This document shows, piece by piece, positions 1 to 10,380 of a stretch of DNA of 64,000 bases. The translations under genes were made by a program, and so were the position numbers. The DNA lies in the NCBI GenBank assembly GCA_048013815.1, contig CM106585.1, positions 20,708,001 through 20,772,000 on the forward strand, written 5' to 3'. The stretch's first letter is position 1. Each line of letters begins with the position of its first letter. Under the pieces are notes generated by a model. The model did not search any database. It had not been told where the DNA came from and worked only from the letters and a program-made list of their open reading frames with translations. This DNA comes from Setoptus koraiensis. Lineage: Eukaryota; Animalia; Arthropoda.

Positions 1-1985
1 ACAACAATATATATTGCTATTGACAACAACAGAAATGATTTTTGGGCCTGTTTTGCTGGTTTCTTCCCAGAACAACAACAACAAATAAATAAATAATAAT
101 AACACATTCCTAAACTGTTATGATGATGATGACAGCTGTTACAATAGCACTGATAATGTTAGTAAATAACGGGTTAATGTTGGAGGCCTAGCCGTAATTT
201 AGATTGCTGTAAACACTGTTGGTGATAGGCATTTTCCGGAACAACAACAAACCCATGGAACTCCATGGAACAAACACCATTATCTCTTCATTTTGGCTCT
301 ATTATATGCTGGCATGGCGAAGATGCTGTGTTTCCATATTCTTTCAATCGATTCTTTCTGGAAAAAGGGATTATTACCGTTATTAGAGTGATTATTACTA
401 TTATTAGAGTGATTAGAGATACAAAAATGTTCCAGACAGTTGTTGTTGTCTAATTAATTGATTTAATTAATTGTACGAATCGTGATGAAAAGTTGATTTT
501 AGAAAATTGCGGCCGCATATAGTGCACTTGTTACAGAGCGCCAAATTTGAAAAGGCCAAAAGTTTCGCGCCATAAAGCTAGGGCAGCCATTTTTGTGTGG
601 TATTGTTGTTGTTGTTGTTGTCGTTATTATCATTATTTCTCAACATGATTTTGCGAGTACACAGTTTGCAACATTTTGCAACATTGGATTTTACTGGATT
701 TTCATCAATGATAAATAGATGATAGACAGAGATTAATTAGCCACTCTTTTAGCGTGAGATAGCCAGACAATGTGATGAGTTGTGAAGTGTAGTCAAGTGG
801 AATGGAGTGGATAGAATTGAATTGGATTATTATATTGGAGTTGAGTGGAGTGAATTGAAGTGGAGTCTGTGATAAATTAGGAAGGTGAACATTTGAGCAA
901 AAATCAGTTATGTATAGTGGTCCCATAGAAACAAGAGAGACACAGACGATGGCAGACATAGTTGTCGTAATGATGTGGTAGTTGCTCAAAAATAGTGGCA
1001 CTTAGACAAGGAGCAGACAAAGCGTCCTGGCCAGAACATTGTTGTTGGTGGCCATCATGAGAGTGCTCCAACAACAACAACAACATCAGCAACAGCATTG
1101 AAACAACAATTAATAATTGATTTAATTGTTGCTGTTCTCCATATTTTCCTTGTTATTGTGCGGCAAAATTGGCTAATTCAGCATACTTATAGTTCAATCA
1201 GTTAGCTAGTTTTAGTGTCAATCTATATGTTTGATAGTGTCTATGTGACTAATTAATAATAATAATATCCATATAGGGCATGGTTATCGTGATGACATTT
1301 TGTTGACTTGTCTCTGATCGATGAACTGAATCTGATCGATTTGTCGGTACTTGCCAGCCAGACTGTACAAGAGTTTGCCATTAGTCCATTAATTAGTCCT
1401 GTTGTAGTCGTGTGTGCATGTGGCTAGACGCAACAACAACAACAACAACAACAGCAACGACAACAACAACAACGACAACAACATCAACAACAAAGGCACT
1501 TAATGCTAACAATTCTCAAAGCAACATCGATACACACAGATATTATTAATAATATAGATATAAGATTTATATAAACAGATGTTTGTGCAATTGTCATTGT
1601 TTGGTGGCCGTAGTCTAGTCGAATTGAGGCTCTCGCTTTGTGTGTGTCTAGTCTTGTGGCCCGATGATTTACTCAGCTGATCTTATTGAACGATATGAGT
1701 CAAGACGCCCACGCACACATTATAGAGACACTATTGAGACATAATAGATACGGATCACCTCTTTACTGTGCTACTCTTAATTCAATTGCTAATAATTGTG
1801 TCTACTACTTGACCTTTGAGGAACAACAATAACAACCACGATCATCTTTTCTTTGCCTCCCTCTCTCCCTGCCGCGTTCTGTGTTGGTGTGGCTGTGTCT
1901 CCCTCGGTGTCTCCTTGTGTCTGTCGATCACCCACCTGCTCCACATAATCGTTGTTGTTAATCGTTTGCACAAACTGCAACAATT

Positions 1986-3230
1986 ATGATGATGATGATG
2001 ATGATGCTCAGTGTTTGTCCAGTGGTATTGTTCGCAGTCAACGACACTTTCAGGGCTTTAGTCTTTCTGCCTGAATTGTTGAAGGCACGAAAGTCCGTAG
2101 AGAAACTATACAGATTGAATAGAGAGTATTCACCGGAAGTGATGCGAACGCTTAATTTAGAGCAGCAACAAATGCACGCACAATTGGCACAACAGCAGCA
2201 GCAACAGCAACAGGTGATTGGCAAAGGTGGCGGCGTAAATCAGATGATTGGCATGGTGAAGATCGACGAACAGCAACAACAACAACAACAACAAGCAGCC
2301 ATTGGGGCGCCGCAAAAGAGCAGATCTATAACATTTCATCCTGACCTGGCCCAGCACACGGCGGCCAACAATTATGGCGGCAAGCGCAATAGTTCGTTTG
2401 TTGGTAATGGAAATTTCAGTCAAAACAACAGAACAAAAACTCGCTTAAACAGCCTGGTACCAAAAGTGGAGTCTAGGGGTCGCATAGATTTCAAGGATGT
2501 CACCTTCAGTTACCCAATGCGACCTGGCGCGCTTGTTTTAGACGGTTTAACAATGTCCGTGGCGCCAGGCGAAAGTGTGGCCATTGTTGGTGCTTCCGGT
2601 TCGGGTAAATCAACGTGCGTTGGTTTATTGGAGAAATTCTATGATTATCATTGCGGAAAATTGTCTATAGATGGTTATGATTTGCGTTTTGTTGCACAAG
2701 ATTGGGTTCGTTCGCAGATAGGTTTGGTTAGTCAGGAGCCAACGTTGTTGTCGTACACTATTGGTGACAATATTAGATATGGCGACAACAGTCGTTATGT
2801 CAGCAAGGAAGAGATAATAAGAGCGGCTAAAACGGCTAATATACACGATTTTATAATGACACTGCCAGATGAATATGATACTGAATTGAGTAATTCTACC
2901 TATAGCAGTCAATTGAGCGGTGGCCAAAAGCAGCGCATTGCCATAGCTAGGGCATTGGTTAGAAATGCGCCTATATTAATATTTGACGAGGCCACATCGG
3001 CCCTGGATAGCACCAACGAAACAACCGTTCAAGATGCCCTAGACAAGGCTCGTTTTGGCAAGACACAATTGATAATAGCGCATCGTTTGGCGACAATTAA
3101 AAATGTTGATAGGATAATTGTAATGAGAAGCGGCAAGGTGGTTGAGGAGGGCACCCACGAGCAGCTGATGTGTAGCAGCAGTTTGGGCCACTATAGGCGC
3201 CTGTACGAGCGTCAGGCTCGCCAGGGCTAG
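1986..3230 (+). CDS. ABCB1: ABCB (P-glycoprotein/MDR-like) transporter, last TM segment plus C-terminal NBD; 5' exons not located, true exon start probably near 2021
   Basis: Walker A GASGSGKS, Q-loop VSQEP, signature LSGGQKQRIAIARA, Walker B ILIFDEATSALD, H-loop IIAHRL. VQDALDKAR resembles P-gp NBD2. The N-terminal poly-Met is a (GAT)n microsatellite, so not a real start. Confidence 0.9.
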   Translation: MMMMMMMLSVCPVVLFAVNDTFRALVFLPELLKARKSVEKLYRLNREYSPEVMRTLNLEQQQMHAQLAQQQQQQQQVIGKGGGVNQMIGMVKIDEQQQQQQQQAAIGAPQKSRSITFHPDLAQHTAANNYGGKRNSSFVGNGNFSQNNRTKTRLNSLVPKVESRGRIDFKDVTFSYPMRPGALVLDGLTMSVAPGESVAIVGASGSGKSTCVGLLEKFYDYHCGKLSIDGYDLRFVAQDWVRSQIGLVSQEPTLLSYTIGDNIRYGDNSRYVSKEEIIRAAKTANIHDFIMTLPDEYDTELSNSTYSSQLSGGQKQRIAIARALVRNAPILIFDEATSALDSTNETTVQDALDKARFGKTQLIIAHRLATIKNVDRIIVMRSGKVVEEGTHEQLMCSSSLGHYRRLYERQARQG

Positions 3231-3462
3231 CCCGCCACTAACGCTACTGATGAGCTGTCCGCTACTGTGAGCGTTTCTTTATGCAACAATCATTGTTATT
3301 TTGGTTGATTGGCTTGCCACTAATTGACAGGCGAGCAGTCGACTAATTAATTAATTAATTAATTAACTATTGTGCGCGATTGATTGATCGAGTTGGGCCA
3401 GGCTGACGTTGGCCCGTGTACAGGCTGCACCAATGGCGACGACGACGATTCGGGGGAGACGA

Positions 3463-3494
<32 letters not shown>

Positions 3495-6400
3495 ACGGCG
3501 ACGACGACGATTCCAATAACAGTAACAGCGACACACACACGCACACATCGGATCGCTCACATGATCGGTTTGTTGTCTCTTCTCTTGTACATTGCTAACA
3601 TTTGTAATATCCACCACACAAGCAACCACTAGACAATACAACTAGACAATACAACTAGACGACGAGCCACAACAATCAATGTTGTGACGAAAATAACACA
3701 TATCATTAAATCAATAATGCACCAGTATCAATAAAAAGCACAGCACAATACTATTGTTAATATTATTATTATTATTATTATTGTCGCGACAGTTTGATAA
3801 GACGACCAAACGATAATTGATGTATGTTTAGTAAGACGTTCAGTATATAAGAACACGACCAATGAACAATAAATCACGACAAGTCGCAAACAACTTATCT
3901 TTGGCTTGTACACCAAATAGCTCAAACAGCTCAATATAAATTTATGTATGTGGGCAATCAGGCGACTGCATCCAGCCTACACATCCTAGCCGCTTGTTCC
4001 AGTTTACTCGTCCTCTCTCTCTCTCTCTCTCTTTGAGAGAGAGAGTCTCTCTCTCAAAGAGAGAGTCTCTCTCTCGTTCACCGACAACAACCGCCATTTG
4101 GTCGCTATCTACACCCAATCTAATCTGGGCAAATTGATCTGTCTGGCGGCGATTGGCGATCAATCGCCGACAAGCTCATACTGACAGTATGATACTGTGA
4201 CAATCTTGCTCACAATTGTCAATCAAATCAACGGCATGTCGCATGTACGAGCATGTTGATTAGGTGAAAAAGAATTAGCATTGCAACTGTAACGAGCGCG
4301 CCCATATTCACTCTGACAAATTGTGAAATCGCCGCCAATCTCAATCCGCGGTGATTGTTTGAATTTCGAAATTCAAATTTGGTTGCTCGCACCGAATTGA
4401 ACCAACAAATTGAACAAACGAGCGAAAAAACACACAGATGAAAAAACATTTTTCGGTGCGTTTCGGCCCACGACTCCATGCGTCTGTCGCTGGTGGCAGC
4501 CGATGCTGGGGCCGAGCGAACTGGGGTCGTTATGGTTAACGATATTTGGGGCCAAGATGAGTCTCGAAGAACGTTGTTGTTACGCTAGCTCACGTTGGTG
4601 CTCAAAGGATTGTAGTGGCGATGCATAGAAGCTACTCCAATCGAGCAATTGCCGGCTGAGTTGTTGTTGTGCGCCACAAATCGCGTTGTTGCAAATATTG
4701 TCTCGAATCGTTCAATTAACAGCGCCCAATTTATGTTACGATCAATTCAAATCGACACATAATCTAATCTGATCAAGCGATCAGTCTGGCGTTGATTAGC
4801 GATCAATTGACAGCAAAAATTGAATTGATCAAAGAGCGTGTGTGTGTGTGTGTGTGATCAAATGGCCAATCGCACACAATGATCAACGGCGTCGATTTGG
4901 CCGCAACATGGCATTTGGTTGTTTGTATTTACAATTTGTTGTTAGTATTTACAAGTATTTGTTAGTATGCGGTCGGTTGGTTAGGTGAACCGAAGGAATT
5001 AGCGTCGCAATGGGGCCCGTTGCAACGGCCAGCCAACAGCGTGTTTGCGATGCGCCAATCCAACGATTGTAATCCGGCGATTGAGCTGCCACGAATTATC
5101 ATCGTGAGATTTGTCGGGTCAGATGGCAGCTTGCGCGGCGCGTTAGTTGGAGCGGATTAGATTGTTGCTGCAGCAGATTGCGACAACTTGTCGGCCTCAC
5201 GAGCGCTTGTCGGCCTCACGGGCGCTTGTCGAGGCCCGGTGAAGCGGTCAGCACCAAGAGTGGAGTAAACAACGGTATTGTCGCTAATTATGTTATATCA
5301 TGTTATTTTCTGTCATTGCTATTATTAACTTGACACACGTTATGCAAGCACAAGTTATGTCAAGTTCATCACACCGCTGGCCAGTGCGGGCATTAACCGG
5401 CCCTAATTACACATGATCCGGCCAACAGATGCTTTTGCGTTGCTTACGTAACGCGCGCGTTGGCTGCCGGCATATGGCTGGCGGCATGAATGAAAATGAC
5501 ACTTGTCGACACTTGTCAGCTGCTCGCAATCGTCTTGACCTGTCGCGTCTGTCACGAGCTGTGTGACAGACTCACAACTCGTGTGACTCTCGAGTTGTGA
5601 GTGGCTCGACAACAGTTACAACCTGGCGTCGCTATAAGCTGACACTATAACGTTATAAGCTATATAAGCGCCACATACCGGCCATCGGGGGCCAACAGCC
5701 GGGCCGGCCTAATCAAGCTTAGTCAGGCCCAATCACGGCGCGTTAATCGGGCCGCTTGTTGGTGTTGTGATGCCATTTCGGCGCCTCGTAATCACTCTGG
5801 CCGGCACAGTCTGGCCGGCACAGTCTGGCGACGCTGTGGCGATTGTGCCAGAGCGACACCCTAAAGAGTGCGTAAAGAGTCAAATTGCATAATGGGCATT
5901 ATGTCGCATTATGTTGTATTATGTCGCGTATTATGTGCTATTATATTATTATATCATACATTATATTATTATAAGTTTATTATGAGCTAGTAGCTGGAGC
6001 TTGCTGGCTCGCCCGGCTCGGCTTGTGTTCTGGCGTGTTCTCGCAAACACGCCAGAACACAAGCCGAGCCATGAGGCCGGATTAAAAGAAAGAAAAAGCA
6101 GTTTCCGTTGGCATGCACGCCGGGCCCCAGCATATATAAATAATATTAGCATACATTAGGGGCCCCTGTGACCTTTGGCCGGCTATTCTGTGCACACACA
6201 CACACTATACTGTCACCCAATACATTTTAAGGCTTGAGTGTTTGTCTGCACCTGACACTGGCGCTTCTTTATCTCTGGCCTGTGTGTGTATGTAGTTGGT
6301 TTTTGTGTTGGTTATATTAATATATTATGAGCATTAGGTATTAGCCGGCAAATATAGCTTATTAGCCGGCTAACAACCTTTAACAAGCAGCCTTTTCATC

Positions 6401-7024
6401 CGCTGCTCGGCTGGCTCCCCCACCGCGCTTTACTTAACTGGTGGGCATCAAGTTAAATGGCATCACTTATATCGAGCTGGCACCAGTTCAAAGCGCATTT
6501 GGGTGGGGGGCGGGGGCGCGTTTGTTTGGCCTCGCGCGCCCCAGCACCCCACGAGCCAGCGCACAGTTGGTTAGGTGGCGCGTTTGAGCGCGATTTAAGT
6601 GGAGCGAGCCAGCCAAATGGCAATTCAATAATTCTCAAGTTACCGGCCGACAATTCCAAGAAGAAATACAAGTTCTCTCAAGGTGCGCCGCCCGATTCCT
6701 GGGAAAACCCGGGGCGCCGCCGGTGTGACCCGGCGTCGCTGTTGTCGCTGGTTGGGGCGGAAGGGGGCGATATGCGTTTTGCGAGCGGGGAGCGGGGATA
6801 AATTAGCGCCCACCACTTGAGAGTTATGTGTTACAAGCGGCTGATTGGATTATGTCGGAGGCGACAAACATTAGCGCGATTGTATTTGACTAGCTGTCTG
6901 CCGAGTGGCGCCGCCGGCCTCGTCAGACGTTTTGTTGGGGCCAGAGTGGGGCCAAGTCTGCAAAGTGGCGCCGTATTAATTTAGTCTGTTCTGTCTGTCG
7001 TTGTTGTGGCTGGCTGGCTGGCCT

Positions 7025-7094
7025 TGTAACTCGGCGCTTGTAGCTCGGCGCTTGTAACTCGGTGCCTGTAACTCGGTGCCTGTAACTCGGTGCT
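7025..7094. repeat. 14-bp tandem repeat TGTAACTCGG(C/T)GC(T/C) x5
   Basis: Read directly: units at 7025, 7039, 7053, 7067 and 7081. Confidence 0.9.
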
Positions 7095-9104
7095 GGCGAG
7101 CCGGTTACGTATTCATTTCATATTCACATGTTTATTGTCATACCGCTGGCGATATTGCGCCGCTCTATATCGAATGGCATTATACGTCGTATAGTATACG
7201 AGGTATAGTATACGAGGTGTTTGGCAAGCGCGATATTGTGATATCGCCACTGGCCGACTTGTGCGACTTTGCCCAATTTTGGCTCACTTTGCCCAGTGTT
7301 ATTACACTGTCGGCTGGTGATAACTGGCGCTGCAAAATGAATATGTTTAGACTATTTACGACAGGTCGCGCGCGTCGCCCTTGAGCTGACAAACTGGCAC
7401 AACAAGAAACTCGTAATAATAACCGATTAAATTTGATCTTGCCAATCCACTTACTCATATATTACTACACACATATCTACAAATTGTGTGACACAATGCA
7501 CAGTGGCCTAGTTGTGGGCGACCCACATCGCTGACATTGTGCAACCACTTGAGAGCCAACAAATTGAGGCTCCACGGGGCCTCAATTTTGTCAATTTTGA
7601 TCAATTTATTATCAATTTTGTCCCTTCCACGAATGTCACACTTGGCGCGGCAGATGCTGCCAGCCGCTGGTTTGCGTTGGCGGCTGACCAATGACCACAG
7701 GCAACCACAATGACAACAACAACAACAACAACAACAGATTGAATTGCCAATTCATTCTGTTGTGTGCCAGCCACCACAGCTTAGGGCCATTTTAAACGGC
7801 ACGCCAATTGGCTCGACACAGACCAGCGTTGGCGCGAACAAAACAAACACACAAACCAATTGCTCTCCACTCGAAAGCCTGTACTTTGGCAAACATTATT
7901 ATGTTGTTATCTATCGCCATCATCGCGGCGTTCCTCGAGACGATGCCCCGCCGATGCCCGACGGTGATAGGCATCGCCGATGTTGCCGATGTTGTTGATG
8001 TTGTAGATGTTGTTGATGTTGTTGATGTTGTTGATGTCGCTCATGTCGCTCATGTGGATGTCGACGGGGATGTCGACGGCGATGAGGATGTGGCTGGTTT
8101 AATTAAAGTGTCGCTCCACCTCCCGCGAATCGAGAATCGACAATCGGCAATCGGCAATCGAGCAGCGAGCAGCGCCGTCTGTGCGAGCCGGGCAGGCAAC
8201 TCGCTTACCTTTGGGGCTGGTGACGGGCATGATGACGAACGCGAAAACTTATCATAATTCATTATTCATCATTTACACTCTTATTCTCTGTATAAGAGTC
8301 TTATATTGCTGTTTGTAGGACGCTAATACCAGTTTGTGTTGACGGTAATTGTGCCCATGTGAACCATTGAATGGGACTGAATCGAGTTGAAGCGAGTTGG
8401 ATGGTCGAGTCGGATTGTCGAGTCGGATTGTCGAGTTGAATTGAATTCAATTGAAACGAGTCTAGTCGCATTGTGAGCCGAGTGGCGAACAAATTCAATT
8501 CAACCACGACTGTGCGCTGGCGCTAGGTTCACTTTCACGCATGCGTTTACCACTATGTTCAACAACATCACTCAATCCAATTTGCCTGCCCATCATCATT
8601 TACAATATAATTGCTGCTGTTGGCCAACTGATCAATTTGTTGATACCTCCATTGCATGTGTATATAAATAATGGTTGACAATAATTGTGAGCTGATTCGA
8701 TGTGTGTAAGCTGGCCTTATTCAACACATCAACTGCAATGATGTTTGTTAAATGTATCATCATGCATAAAACAGCATCATTAGTGATATAATTGCTGTTG
8801 GTGTCGACGTTTGTGCCACACTCTCTCTCTCTCATCAGTGGTGGTGCATCCTAAAAAACGACACGACATAGCAAGACACGGCCAAAAGAAGACCAACACC
8901 AAGACGACGACGACAACCAACAACAACGACACGTCAAAGAGTGAGAGAGAGAGAGAGAGAGAGGGAGAGAGAGGCAACCACAACGGTACACAGACACTGG
9001 CGAGAGCAACTTGTTACAAGACCCAATCAACACGCCAAACGTCGCCGTCTCATTAGACACAACCACATTCCAACAACGTACAAACAACTAATTAATATGT
9101 AAGA

Positions 9105-10082
9105 ATGTTGTGCATAGTTGCCTCAATCGCATTTGTCATTCAATTGGCACTGACAAATGCATTTCCATTAACACCGGAATCACCACAATCACAATTATCA
9201 CCAGCTCATCACTCATTACGACAACATCTTCAACAACAACAACAACAACAACAAGCTGACACAATGGTGATAGAGGGAGCCATAACTCGCGAATGGCCAA
9301 CTCGCGAACAATATGAATCTATTATTAGGCAACAGCAACAAGAGATTGAAGAGGGTCAATCTGCGTTGCGCCAACAACAACAAGAGCAATTGTTTGAGGC
9401 AGATCAAATGCAATTATTGCAACAACAACAACAACAAAATCTGCAACAAATCCACCAACAAATCAAACAATTAGAAGAGCAAGAGGAAGAACAAATTGCC
9501 TCTATTGCTAATGTAGCTATAGCACCACCACCATTGTCGTCGTCTAATTTCATCGCTGAACTAGACTCGATGCAACAACAACGACAACAACATTCATCTA
9601 AGCAAAATCATATCAGAAACAGCAGGAACCAGCCAGGTCGAAAAACATATTGTGGTATGGACCTAGTAGACATTGTAGAATTGGTTTGCGAAAATAGATA
9701 CTTTTCACCTGTAGCTGACGAACAACAACGCGTCGTCAGAGATACTCATCATGCTATCATCTCTTCATCATCTCCTAAAATACAATCTTCATTAACCTCA
9801 TCATCATCATCATCATCATTATCATCATCATCAACATCATCATCATCATTAACATCTACTTCATCTGTCAAAGAGCCGTATGTTTCAGCTAACACGAAAC
9901 AACATCAGTCATCATTAATTAGAAGTCCTAGCAACAACAATAAGAGTTCATTCAGAAGAAGCAGCAGAAAGGATCCGCTGAGATTTACCAGGGGAGTCGT
10001 AGATTGTTGTAAAACTCCTTGTAGCTACGAGGATTTCTTACCATACTGTGAAAAAACAGCTAAAAAACCCACCATGAATTAG
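9105..10082 (+). CDS. Insulin-like peptide precursor, single exon, 325 aa
   Basis: Signal peptide MLCIVASIAFVIQLALTNA; B chain YCGMDLVDIVELVC; Ser-rich C peptide; RFTR cleavage site; A chain GVVDCCKTPCSYEDFLPYC (CC-x3-C-x8-C). Confidence 0.92.
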   Translation: MLCIVASIAFVIQLALTNAFPLTPESPQSQLSPAHHSLRQHLQQQQQQQQADTMVIEGAITREWPTREQYESIIRQQQQEIEEGQSALRQQQQEQLFEADQMQLLQQQQQQNLQQIHQQIKQLEEQEEEQIASIANVAIAPPPLSSSNFIAELDSMQQQRQQHSSKQNHIRNSRNQPGRKTYCGMDLVDIVELVCENRYFSPVADEQQRVVRDTHHAIISSSSPKIQSSLTSSSSSSSLSSSSTSSSSLTSTSSVKEPYVSANTKQHQSSLIRSPSNNNKSSFRRSSRKDPLRFTRGVVDCCKTPCSYEDFLPYCEKTAKKPTMN

Positions 10083-10148
10083 ATACATCTGACCCGATAT
10101 AAGGTAGGTTATATCGAATATATAATCAACTTACATTAATACACTTGG

Positions 10149-10150
<2 letters not shown>

Positions 10151-10230
<80 letters not shown>
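10151..10230. repeat. Perfect (AC)40 microsatellite between the convergent ILP and TELO2 3' ends
   Basis: Read directly from the sequence. Confidence 0.97.
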
Positions 10231-10232
<2 letters not shown>

Positions 10233-10380
10233 CACACACACAAACATAAACCAATTTATGAAAAATTCTCGAAAAATTCATTAATTTATTAAGTTTAACA
10301 TCAACAACATTGATACAACTCAAGTAACAATAAATAAATATGTTAAAATATAAAACACACGCTTACCATGTAATCGATTG

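Noticed and set aside
900-1390. Minus-strand fragments MGPLYITD and TNGKLL as the missing ClC CBS2 exon
   Set aside because: They occur in the wrong order, the flanking residues do not match, and they are 13 kb away across three genes.
3359-3641. ORFs with poly-V/R/T/D runs (similar ones at 7808-8257, 39091-39502 and 54443-54745)
   Set aside because: They are translations of GAC, GTT and ATT microsatellites.
4012-4075. (CT)n/(GA)n fold-back hairpin
   Set aside because: Real, but made only of dinucleotide microsatellite, so probably a slippage or inversion by-product.
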